64,000 nucleotides of DNA from Ascidiella aspersa (taxonomy: Eukaryota): positions 10,602,001 to 10,666,000 of the forward strand of contig OZ004612.1 of the NCBI GenBank assembly GCA_963924565.1, read 5' to 3'. The translations under genes were made by a program, and so were the position numbers. A model generated the notes under the pieces. It was given only the letters and a program-made list of their open reading frames with translations, did not search any database and had not been told where the DNA came from. Positions 25,479 through 36,193 of the stretch are shown here, piece after piece. Position 1 is the stretch's first letter. Each line of letters begins with the position of its first letter.

Positions 25479-27089
25479 ATGGGATCCAAAACTTTGTTTT
25501 TTAATGCAAAAATTTGGACATCTGCAAGCCAGACAAGATCATGGATGGTGGTTGATTCCCAAATCGGTGAAATTATGCAGTGTGGCTTTGCAGATGACCA
25601 ACCACCAAAAGATGAACCAATAACTAAGGTTGATATGAAGCAGAAGTGGATATTTCCAGGCTTCCATGACTCACACATGCACATTGAATCATTTGGACTG
25701 GCTTTAGATAAAGGCCATCTTGGATTACCATCCACAGTTACAGAATTACAGAGCCGTTTAGCCTGCAAGATTAATGATCTACCCACTGAAAGCGATTGGC
25801 TTGTTGGCTTTGGTTGGGATCATGACTTAATGGACCGTATGCCGACTTGTGAAGATTTAGATAAGGTTAGTAAGGGCCATCCAGTTGTGCTTCACAGGGT
25901 TTGCCTGCACATATTAGTAGCCAATAGCAAGGCACTTGAACTAGCTCATATAAGTGATAAATCTCCAGATCCAGAAAATGGTGTTATCGATCGTTTTCCT
26001 GCTAATCATCCAAAAGCTGGTCACCCAACTGGTGTTTTAAGGGAAGACGGAGGTGTTCATTTGATGGCCAAGGTAATTCCTTCCATAACGAGTGAGCAGA
26101 AAAAAACTAACATAAAAGCAGCACTAAATGAATGTGTCAAAGTTGGACTTACCAGTGTGCACACAGTTGACCAGTGCAGTTGGAATGAATATGTTGAACT
26201 TGCAAAGGACAACCAACTACCAATACATTGCTATTTTTCTGCTTGGTATGTTGATATAGATACTGATAATTTTCCTTCCAAGCCTTATGAGTCCTACAAT
26301 AATCTTTCCTGTGACTGTGTAAAAATATTTTTGGATGGCGCTTTAAATACCCAAACTGCAGCCTTGACTCAACCCTACGTTGGTAGCGACAGTAATTGTG
26401 GAGTCATGTTGTTAACTGACACTGAAATTGAATTAGCGTTTAACAAAGTTACCAAGGCTGGATTTAGAATGGAAATTCATGTTATAGGCGACAGGGCTGC
26501 CGAAGTGGCATTAAATTATTTGGAAAAATGCAAAGTGCCTCCTGAAAACCGCACCATCTTTGTCCACTGTCAAATATTGCGTTCTGAGCTTCTGAACAGA
26601 ATGCTAAAAAATGGAGTAGTACCAACTCTCCAGCCATCATTTGTTCCAACAGATTCCAAGCAGATCCGAAATCGCTTGCCGGAATCCTTGCAGCAATGTA
26701 TTTATCCGTGGCGGACTTTAATCAAGAAGGGAATTCCATGTGGTGGAAGCAGTGATGCTCCAGTCGAGACCATCAACCCTTTACAAGGAATCTATGATGC
26801 AATTTTTAGGCCTGATTTAATGTTTAATGATGGAAGGCCCTTTATTGAAAAAGAATGTTTAACATTTGAAGAAGCTATTAATCTTTACACCATTGGATCT
26901 GCATTCGCTGATAAGGCAGAAAAATACAAGGGAAAAATTAAAGCAGGATTTCAGGCAGATTTTGTTGTACTTAATGTACCGTTAGATAAAAGTGGAAAAC
27001 CTAGAAACCTCATTAAAAACCCTGAGCTAATAAAAACTTGTAGTATAAAACAAGTCTGGGTGAAAGGAAAATGTTTGTGGGAAAATTAA
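25479..27089 (+). CDS. YtcJ-like metal-dependent amidohydrolase (Amidohydro_3 type), intronless, 536 aa
   Basis: PGFHDSHMH (HxH), WLVGFGWD, H.LVANSKALELA, PTGVLRE, VKIFLDGAL, IHVIGDRA, VHCQ, GGSSDAPVE..NPL.GI, EAINLYT.GSA, KGKIKAGFQADFVVL: the motif series of the YtcJ/NfdA/LAF3 family. Confidence 0.9.
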   Translation: MGSKTLFFNAKIWTSASQTRSWMVVDSQIGEIMQCGFADDQPPKDEPITKVDMKQKWIFPGFHDSHMHIESFGLALDKGHLGLPSTVTELQSRLACKINDLPTESDWLVGFGWDHDLMDRMPTCEDLDKVSKGHPVVLHRVCLHILVANSKALELAHISDKSPDPENGVIDRFPANHPKAGHPTGVLREDGGVHLMAKVIPSITSEQKKTNIKAALNECVKVGLTSVHTVDQCSWNEYVELAKDNQLPIHCYFSAWYVDIDTDNFPSKPYESYNNLSCDCVKIFLDGALNTQTAALTQPYVGSDSNCGVMLLTDTEIELAFNKVTKAGFRMEIHVIGDRAAEVALNYLEKCKVPPENRTIFVHCQILRSELLNRMLKNGVVPTLQPSFVPTDSKQIRNRLPESLQQCIYPWRTLIKKGIPCGGSSDAPVETINPLQGIYDAIFRPDLMFNDGRPFIEKECLTFEEAINLYTIGSAFADKAEKYKGKIKAGFQADFVVLNVPLDKSGKPRNLIKNPELIKTCSIKQVWVKGKCLWEN

Positions 27090-27481
27090 CATGATGGTTT
27101 GTTCGATTTAAAATACGTTATACGTTATCTTAATGTTAATTATCCAAGAAAACAGAATAAAATTCATGTGGTGTTTTTATGTATTTTTTAGCTCTGTTCT
27201 TGTTACTACATGGGAAAAAAGTTTGGTGAAATGTGTGTTTACTTTGTCATTGTACTGAATAATAATGCATGCACAGTATTTTTTATAATGTTATAATCTT
27301 GCATACACTGTATGCATGTTGATGTCTGGTACTAAAATAGCATGATGCAACATTTAATTTTAATTCATATCTTTGTATAAGTTTATTTTGTACATTCCTA
27401 AGTGCAATTGAAAAGTTTTAATTATTATATTACAGATATTTCATAGTCTGGGTTTAACCTAATATATTAATCACGCAAAAA

Positions 27482-28722
27482 ATGGTCCTCCAAGGTATTT
27501 GTGTTCTTACTGGCGATTATGGCACTATCGAGTTTCATCAAGAGGGAGATCAATGCAGCATCAAAGGTAAGCAAATTGGTTGTTCCATAGGCTCGTATTT
27601 TTTACTAACCAGTGCAAAATTGCTTCTTTATTACATGAAAATTGTATGCGTTAGATAACATGTGTTAACTGAAGCAAACCTTTTCCTTATAATAACTTTC
27701 TTATACACCTTTAGGCTAAAACCATTTCCACTAAAACGGGCCAAACGTAACATTTAAAAATTACATTTGCGTATAATTTAAAAATGTATTTTGGGGTTTC
27801 ATTGTCGTGTGTCTATATAGTATTTGGGAAAGTTTTGTATGCCTTTGGTGAAGTAAAGCACAATTATTGATAAGCTGGTCGAATCCCAAGGCGTTTTGTT
27901 CTAGCAGGGCGTCTTAAACACGCTCTGCACACCCACGTTCAGCGCCTATGGATGTTTCTGTGGTAGAAACTTTTAGCACTTCATCTGAAGAACATGTTGG
28001 CTGTTATAAGTGTTGTCCATACATTTTTGTGTATCGTTTAGTCTTCTATTATAATTTTAAGTTAGAAAATTAGCTTATAAATGTGATAATATTGCCAATT
28101 AAAACCGTCAATTAGGTACCAGTGCTCATATTCAGCACTCTGCTCTTTGGTTAAAAAATGTGGACCTACTACTTTCATTGTGATACACAAATAAACACCA
28201 GTGCATTTTTTTAGATGAACTCTACCTTTTGTATACTTATTCTGTTCAAACACAAACGTTTAGACAGCTGTGCATATGAGACTATGTAAAACAAGTGAAC
28301 AATGAAAAAAAAACTTGAACTTACATAGTTCTTTTACCTCTTGTGTGGGAGCAGGCAAAGTGAAAAATCTGACACCTGGTGAGCATGGCTTTCACATTCA
28401 CGAGTTTGGCGATCATAGCGGTGGCTGCACAAGTACTGGTGGTCATTTCAACCCTGAAGGTAAGGAACACGGGGGGCCAGAAATGGTGGAAAGGCATTTT
28501 GGCGACCTGGGAAACATCACAGCAGACGAACAAGGGGTTGCTGAAGTCAACATGACAGATAGCTTAGTCTCCCTAAGTGGAGCAAACTCGGTCATTGGAA
28601 GAGCTGTTGTCGTGCATGCTGACAAAGACGACCTTGGCCTGGGAGGTCATGCAGACAGCAAAAAAACTGGACATGCTGGAGGAAGAGTGGCTTGCGGCGT
28701 TATTGGAATTATGAAGAAATAA
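27482..28722 (+). CDS. SOD1: Cu/Zn superoxide dismutase (cytosolic); exons 27482-27566 and 28355-28722
   Basis: Exon 1 [22 protein letters not shown] splices in phase 1 to [64 protein letters not shown]. Metal ligands and both Cys are present. Confidence 0.96.
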
Positions 28723-29568
28723 ATGTTTGTTCTCAGTGATCTGTTATGTTTAGGTGTATATTCTAGAGATATGACTAATATACAGTGTGAATTCCAATTG
28801 ATTAATCGTGTGTTGCAAAGTCGTTGTTAATAAAGCTTCAATTTTCACTTTAAAAATACTCTCTTTAACACAAAACTTGTATAGTTTTCCTGCAACAAAA
28901 ATATTCACTTCTAAAAATAGTTTCTGTAAAAAAATTGACATCTGCAGTTTGTAAAGAAAGGTAGACTAAAAAACAAAAAAAAAGTACTGCTTATATAAAC
29001 TTTTTCAGGAAGCTTAATTAAAAATTCAAAACAAGTTTTGGCCTTTGAGGGTAGGTAAACCTTTCTAACATAAAAAATTATGTATGTTACAAAGTAAGTG
29101 CAAATACTTTATTATTTACACAGTACATTTTTGATTTAATATTAAAACAACACAAAAAGCCTAGGTAAAAGTGTAATTGGCAACCAAAGATTCAAGCCAG
29201 AAAAGGGTAAATACAACTAGTAGTCTATAGAAGGCTTCACATAAGATAAGAAAACATAGGACAGTGCGAGGAAATCTGAGACTATTGTGTTGTGCAACTT
29301 AAACAATGGTCAACCTGACCCAGGAGCAGCCCTGCTGAAGGTGACTAAATTAGCCCTGGTTAAAATTTTAGCAACCACTTTGTGAATAAAAGGTATGTGA
29401 CTGTGTGCAATTTGCACTTTAAAAAAAAACTAAATAAAAATATGGGTCCACAAGAGCTTCAAATAAACTATAAAAATGTTAAGTTGTGGTATAGCACAAT
29501 TGTACAATTTATTAAATAGAAATATTGCTTTATTTGTAAACAAAGTTTAACAACAGAAAACAGCTTTT

Positions 29569-30777
29569 TCAAGAAATGGCTTGCGTTACTGGTGGTGCTT
29601 CTACATGGGTAGCCATTGATGTTACTGCCAGTTCATAGGATTTTGATTCAAAATTGCAAATGGAATCACTGACATCGTTTTTCATGTCACTGTGTGGAGT
29701 CATCAGGTGATTTGATCTTTGTCTATCAATGTTGGTATCACATTCCTTGTGTTTGCCTTCAACATTGCTTGCTCCAGCATAAATGTTAGCATCTGGGTAT
29801 AGACTTAATAGAGCCTGTTGGGCAGCAAGGTACCTTTTTCTTCTGTTCATCTTGTACAGCGCAATCCTCTCTTCCTCTTCTTCCAGGGTTTCACTTACAC
29901 CGACTGGGGAGTTTAGTATTTTTGACACAATAGGGCTACAAAGTCTTGAATTGCTTGATTTTGGAGGCACTGTTTGCGAGTAGGTGACTATGTACGGCAG
30001 CCACCGTAGACTGTCATTAAAATTTTGACAGACTTCTTCAATTTCATCTCTTTCCTTGCAAGCCTTTATTGGACTTATAACAGATGGACAGGAGTATGTG
30101 GATCTTGATTTTCTTGGACGGCCTGAATTCAGATTAAACAACAACAGTTGGTAGTTTTAATTGAGGCAATCCTGTGTTAAATAATAATAAACTAGCTAGC
30201 TTACCTATAAAATTATTCTACAAAGTGTCTTAAAATTAAATCATTTTATGTTTTGGTTGATTTAAACTAATCTGACTTTGTGAAGTTTAAATTTTTATGA
30301 CTAAATATTAGTGCTACAATCTGCTGCCTACCCTAAATATAGTTTGGTTAAATTGACTTAAAATATTGTCTCTTGTTACTGTTACCAATGAGAACTACTG
30401 GTATATAGACAGTTAGACATCCATTATATCAATTGTTGTAGTGGAAAATAACACCATCCATTCATGACTAGCCTACTCATCAAAGGTACAATTTTTCCAC
30501 TTTGACTCGTTGTTTACACACACAGAAGCTATTTTGGTAATCTGAGGAACATATAAGAATTTACCAAGATCAAAAACTTTTTATAATGGGAAATAAACTC
30601 ACCCAATGAGTCTGGACTTCCGGTGGCTGATGTACTGGATGCAGATGACCGCTTTCCTTCCTTGAGTTTTCGTTTTTTTCTTCTCTTCTTCTTTAATTTG
30701 TCAACGGCACTTGTACTTACCACTTTTCTGCTGCTGAGACTGGAAACTTCCATCTCAATTCCTGCACAAACTAGCAT
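29569..30777 (-). CDS. LIAT1: LIAT1-like protein (ligand of ATE1 / C17orf97-like); exons 30777-30603 and 30122-29569
   Basis: N-terminal Lys-rich tract KLKKKRRKKRKLK, Ser-rich linker, and NDSLRW...EEEEERIALYKMNRRKRY, resembling the Liat1 domain as I recall it. Phase-1 GT-AG intron. The start could be the second Met. Confidence 0.7.
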
Positions 30778-31159
30778 TTTACATGTTTATATAGTGAGCT
30801 ACTATAACAAAATTAGGCCTCAGTAATTTGGTTAGCTTTTTGAACAAAGGTTTATAAAACTAGAAAAAGAAATCCTGATAGAACTTGACTTTAATTTTTA
30901 GCTATTAACCATGGCAACCCAAAGCAAACATTGTGTAATGTTTATTGTTTAAATAAAGAAAAAAACTACCAGGCTAAAAGTTCAATAAAATGATGTTAAC
31001 ATGGATTGTTCTTGCTTTATCTTACCTTAATAATGGATGATAACTTTTAACCTGACGACGTGAATTCCAGTTAGGCTAAAGCTTAAATAAAAACTTCACA
31101 ACATTATTAACTTTTTTATGAAAAAAGCCATACAGTATTAAATAGTCGGGCGCTGGTCT

Positions 31160-31330
31160 AAAATCTTACCACAACGCACATTATATGGGTTAGGGTGCGA
31201 GTTTGGGTTGAGCCAGAAAGTATTAATAATAAATATTGAATATAACAATACTTGACCTACCTATACCCAAACGCTAAGTTGCACCCTAAACCAAATATTG
31301 TGCGTTGATTTAATAATTGTGGTATAGGAT
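31160..31330. repeat. Degenerate fold-back element with ttaggg/ccctaa-like motifs
   Basis: caacgcacattatatgggttagggtgc is mirrored by gcaccctaaaccaaatattgtgcgttg about 80 bp downstream. Confidence 0.6.
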
Positions 31331-32261
31331 CTAAAAAGATTCAAGAGTTACTTGTTTAGAGAGCCTTTTACTACAATTTTATGCATTTTTACTAAACCAC
31401 TGTCACAATTATTTTGCACGAAAAATACCTAGTATGGGCAAAAGTCTCTTAACACATGTCAAGTGGTCGTCTTCGTAAACTCTTGTGAAATAAATAAATG
31501 CTTCTTCATGCTACGCTGTAGACACTTAGCAACTAAATTAGGCCACTTGGCGGACAACTTTGTACAATGTTTTTCATGAAGGTTGTCGTAATAAAATAAA
31601 AAAGTATTTTGCTACGAACAAAACAAAAAAGTAAATCAGATGCTTGGTAATTTTGTCTAATAACCTGTAAAATTCCTTGAGTGTTTTATTTTTTTTTTAA
31701 ATTGCACACCACTACAAAATACAAATCTACACTCAACCTTTGGCTGTGGTCCCAAACAGTGATGAATTTAAAACCTAAAAGTCAATTTCTAAGCTAATCA
31801 AAATTTAAATTTAACCAAATCTTAATTTTATTTTACGCTTTGCGCGATTGTATTTTACTGCCATTGCTTATTTGCGCACGAGTTCAACTAAGATTAGTGG
31901 ATTTTTCTATGATTACTTGATTTATGGCATAACAAATTAAACAAAAACTAACCTACTGTGTTTGACTTATTGAGGATGCGCAAATAATACTATGATGTCG
32001 TGACTTGCAGCCCGTGAAATCTATATCCGGGGTGTTGATTTGACGACCAACGTGTGATCTTCATGACCATAAAGCGCGGCCCACAAGACCTTTATAAAAC
32101 AAAATAACATAAAAAGTTCTAAAAAACGTTCTTTTGCACGTTCTGTTGAAACCAAGCTGTCTTAACACTAGTTTTAACACTAAACCTGTTTCAATATACA
32201 ATTATACATGTAATCGCATTTTGCGTATTTTAAGATTTTTGCGTGTGCTATAGGTATAGGC

Positions 32262-33050
32262 CAGTGGTTCCCAAACTGTGGTACGCGTACCACCGGTGGT
32301 ACGCGAGAGTCTTTCAGGTGGTACGCGACGATTTTCAGCATACGTATAAAATTGCGAAAACTCTCAACTTTTAAGACTTTCAGATTGGGTAATTTGCCAT
32401 GCTGCGTTTTAGTTACATTTAATTTTCGGTTTCGCACGTTTATGACGTAACACTTATCTTGTTCAAGATAATAAAATGCTAATTGTTGGCTGGTTTAATG
32501 TGTATGCAGTACTGTACGAGCTCATACCAGCAGTGTAGTATTGTCGTATGTAAAATGATTAGGGCGATTATTTTTTTTACTTGTCAAAATTATTTCAAGT
32601 CAAAATCGAATAAAAATGAACATAAATCGTTTACAAATTAACCACCGAGGTCTCTCTGATTTGGACAAACGGATTGAACAGTTTGTTGTCTTTCTTTGCG
32701 TGTGATTTGCAATTATCCAATTTCCTATTTCAATAACTAGGTCTTGGTTAATTTTGTGCAATTAGTTTTACGTTGCATTTCAATTGTTTACATCTCATTT
32801 TTTCTAAAATAACCGTTTTCTTTGGCATTTTTATAGTTTTCTTTTTGAAATGACCAAAATATCAACTAAGTATTTTCTTGACTTTTGCATAAACCCGAAA
32901 AACTGTTGAAGACGCCAAGACACTAACAAAGTACTCCAAACAACAATAAGCTATTTAAATCAATGTATTTCTAACCTGGTCTTAGGTGGTACATGAACAT
33001 GGTACAAAAGCTCAAATTGGTACGCGAGAAAAAAAGTTTGGGAATCACTG
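32262..33050. mobile_element. Non-autonomous Buster-type hAT element (789 bp)
   Basis: TIR cagtggttcccaaact/agtttgggaatcactg; perfect TSD gtataggc (32254-32261, 33051-33058); ggtacgcg subterminal repeats. Confidence 0.92.
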
Positions 33051-33403
33051 GTATAGGCTATACTACCAATGAACTTTCAATAAGTAAAACCTAAGTATTT
33101 GGCCAGTTTGCTTGTCTAAAATTTGAGAATATTCCGTGTGTCAAACTTAATGTATGACCTCCGGGCCCCATATGCTGCCTTTTTCAAAGAGTAATTTGCC
33201 GCTGTAAAGATTCCGTTTTTTGTTCCTTCGGTGAGACCACGTTAACTGATTTTAATAACTGTCTTAAATGGGTTGATTTGTTTTAAAACAAAAATATTTC
33301 CAATTAATTGGACCTTCGGCGCAAAGTAAAGTCGAACTATTTCCTAGATCGTGGTTTTTCGGCGCACAAAAACATCAAAATTTAAGTGGGCGCTCGTGCC
33401 ACT

Positions 33404-33698
33404 CTATATTTCACTATAAACTAAACTAGTACATTGCAGTAAATTAAATTGATTTTGTTTATTAGTGTCGAAATCTGTTGTTTCCAATGTTTCTCTTTCA
33501 ACGCTAAGAATAGCAAGGTCACTGAGACAATCCGCCCCATTAATGCACGCAGATACAACAAAATAAGTCTTAATTTGCTGAACGACGGCTTGCAACTTGC
33601 AATTGAAATTGCTATTGTTAACAGAATTTGTAGTGAAATTCGCAGATTCGGAAATACGTCATCCCCATAAAACAAAATGAAGCCAAAAAACTCTAAAG
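33404..33698 (-). pseudogene. Degraded hAT transposase, C-terminal dimerization-domain part (host of the Buster insertion)
   Basis: YGDDVFPNLRISLQILLTIAISIASCKPSFSKLRLI..LRA.M then frameshifted LSDLAILSVERE. The catalytic CERSFS motif is mutated to CKPSFS. Confidence 0.85.
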
Positions 33699-33946
33699 CA
33701 GTGGTTCCCAACCTGTGGTCCGCGGACCACTGTTGGTCCGCGGAACAATTCGTGGTGGTCCGTGGATCAACTGATACCTTCTTATTAAAATTTTGTTATT
33801 TCGAGTGTCCAGACTGTGCAATCTGTATAGTGGTACTGTTCTGAATTGTGGTCTTTGCTCAGTAGGTATTTGGCAGTGTTCCGGGGTGGTTGTGTGTGTT
33901 ATGCCCGGTATCATGCTCTCCATCAATCACTGCATTATATAATAAC

Positions 33947-34008
33947 TAGGGCTGTGAAAATATGCCCTTTAATATATGCCAAATATTCCCTTTAAATTCA
34001 CAGCCCTG
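33947..34008. mobile_element. 62-bp hAT micro-element nested in the 5' leader of the Buster element
   Basis: 12-bp TIR tagggctgtgaa/ttcacagccctg (terminal base mismatch); perfect 8-bp TSD ataataac (33939-33946, 34009-34016); internal atatgcc / cccttta repeats. Confidence 0.85.
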
Positions 34009-34116
34009 ATAATAACTGTTATCTCATTTTCTATAACCGTATTATTTTATTTCAGTTATCTCCATTTTCTAGTTATAAGAATGTTACAGCTAAATTTAAC
34101 TTACTAATTTGAAACA

Positions 34117-35982
34117 ATGAACACCAAGCAGATGTCATTACAAAGTTTCCTTGTACCGGGCAAAAGGCCAATAGAAGAAAGAGATGAAGGCACCTTAAAA
34201 TCAAAGAAAATTAAAGATTTGAACAGACAATACCAAGAATCATATTTAAAATATGGATTTATATCGACAGGCGATTCGCACAAACCAAACCCACTCTGCT
34301 TAGTATGCGGTAAACAGCTTTCTAATGATGCCATGAAACCCTCAAAACTGATTCGCCACTTGAACACCAATCACCCTAATTTAAAAGAAAAGCCTCTCGA
34401 TTATTTTGAGAGAAAGAAAAGGGAACACGAGAAACAGAAGACATTTCTAAGGGCTTCCACATCAATAAATGAAAAAGCATTGACAGCATCATATTTGGTG
34501 GCTAACCGTATTGCTAAGGTAAAAAAGGCATTTACCATAGGAGAAGAATTAATCTTGCCTTCCACTAAAGATATTTGCCGTGAACTTCTAGGAGAAAATG
34601 CTGTTAAAAAGATAGAACATGTGCCTTTGTCGAATAACACTGTCAGTAGGCGCATTCAAGATATAGCCAAAGACATCGAGGAACAATTATTAGAGAGGAT
34701 TAATTTGTCACCGTGGTACGCACTCCAAGTAGATGAATCAACAGATGTCGACAACAAGGCAATACTTCTTGTTTATGTGCGATATCTATATCAGGAGAAT
34801 GTACATGAAGATTTGCTATGTATTCTATCTTTGTCAACAAAGACCACAGGAGCCGAACTTTTCAAGGCAATGGATAATTATATATCAATGAAATTAAAAT
34901 GGTCATTTTGTGTTGGTATATGTACAGATGGAGCTGCTGCCATGACTGGTCGAATTTCGGGTTTAACTTCACGGATTAAAGAGGTTGCACCAGGGAGTGA
35001 ATCTACTCATTGTATCATTCACAGAGAAATGCTGGCAAGCCGTAAAATGTCGCATGAATTTAACAATGTATTGAAGGACGCGGTTCAAGTTATTAACCAC
35101 ATTAAAGCTCACGCTCTTAATTCGCGTCTTTTTGCACAGCTATGTGAGGAGATGGACGCAGATCACAGACACCTTCTCTTACACACAGAAATAAGATGGT
35201 TATCCAGAGGAAAATCACTAAACAGGGTTTTTGAATTACGAGAGCCATTGAAAAAATTTCTTGAAGAAAAGAAATCTCCGCTTGCAGTTCATTTTAGTGA
35301 CAACGTATGGATTGCCAAATTGGCTTACCTGTGTGATATATTCAGCCTGCTTAACGAATTTAATTTGTCACTCCAAGGAAAAATGAAAACAGTTTTCAGT
35401 TTGGCAGACAAAATTGCTGCATTCAAAGCCAAGTTAGAGCTATGGTTAAAACGCCTGGACAAAGACATCTTGGACATGTTTCATACATTAACTGTGTTTT
35501 TGACCGAGACTGAAACTGAATCATCAATCTCACAGTTGATACACGATCACTTATCAATGCTTTTAAAAGAGTTCGAGCGTTACTTTCCGACTTCTAAAGA
35601 CCCCCGAAATGGCAAAGAATGGATCCGCAACCCATTTGTCAATAAACCAGTGGAATTAAGCATGTCTGTAGAACAGGAAGCCAAATTATTAGAGATCAAA
35701 AATGATGGTGACCTTAAATCTATGTTTGAGGAAAAAACTTTGACGGAGTTCTGGATGAAAGTCATGGCCGAATACCCTGCGATTGCTACAGCAGCATTAA
35801 AATGCTTATTGCCATTTCCGACATCCTATTTCTGTGAAGTGGGGTTTTCTGCGATGACAGTAACAAAAACAAAGCATCGAAGTAAGCTTGAGATAAGCGA
35901 CACGCTACGAGTGTCATTGTCTCCAATTACTCCTAGATGGAACAGACTGATTGCGGAGAAGCAAGCGCAAGGTTCACATTGA
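34117..35982 (+). CDS. Buster-type hAT transposase (ZBED5/SCAND3-like), 621 aa, uninterrupted
   Basis: BED-like finger PLCLVCGKQLSNDAMKPSKLIRHLNTNH; D (LQVDESTD), D (CTDGAAAM), CxxH (HCIIHRE), RW (EIRWLSRG), E (YFCEVGFS); Buster-typical C-terminus KQAQGSH. Confidence 0.96.
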   Translation: MNTKQMSLQSFLVPGKRPIEERDEGTLKSKKIKDLNRQYQESYLKYGFISTGDSHKPNPLCLVCGKQLSNDAMKPSKLIRHLNTNHPNLKEKPLDYFERKKREHEKQKTFLRASTSINEKALTASYLVANRIAKVKKAFTIGEELILPSTKDICRELLGENAVKKIEHVPLSNNTVSRRIQDIAKDIEEQLLERINLSPWYALQVDESTDVDNKAILLVYVRYLYQENVHEDLLCILSLSTKTTGAELFKAMDNYISMKLKWSFCVGICTDGAAAMTGRISGLTSRIKEVAPGSESTHCIIHREMLASRKMSHEFNNVLKDAVQVINHIKAHALNSRLFAQLCEEMDADHRHLLLHTEIRWLSRGKSLNRVFELREPLKKFLEEKKSPLAVHFSDNVWIAKLAYLCDIFSLLNEFNLSLQGKMKTVFSLADKIAAFKAKLELWLKRLDKDILDMFHTLTVFLTETETESSISQLIHDHLSMLLKEFERYFPTSKDPRNGKEWIRNPFVNKPVELSMSVEQEAKLLEIKNDGDLKSMFEEKTLTEFWMKVMAEYPAIATAALKCLLPFPTSYFCEVGFSAMTVTKTKHRSKLEISDTLRVSLSPITPRWNRLIAEKQAQGSH

Positions 35983-36193
35983 TTTTTGTTAAATTGTTAA
36001 CAAAATCATTTTTATTATTATTATTTTTATTGTTTTCGTTTGACAGGGTTTTGTACTAAATATACAAATAAAACTGAAGTTGTGTAATTAAGCCGACATA
36101 ATATTAAATATAAACTATCAGTCCTCTTGTGGGCCGCGGTAAAATTGTCAATCGCCAAATGGTCCGTGGGAATAAAAAGGTTGGGAACCACTG

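Larger units (their letters stand above)
33699..36193 (+). mobile_element. Full-length Buster-family hAT DNA transposon (2495 bp)
   Basis: Perfect 16-bp TIR cagtggttcccaacct/aggttgggaaccactg; perfect TA-centred 8-bp TSD ctctaaag (33691-33698, 36194-36201); ggtccgcgg subterminal repeats; intact internal ORF. Confidence 0.97.

Noticed and set aside
25479-27089. Bacterial contamination as the explanation for the amidohydrolase
   Set aside because: It is contiguous with eukaryotic genes, has matching composition, a splice acceptor and a poly(A) signal, and has no bacterial neighbours. Read-level confirmation is still needed.
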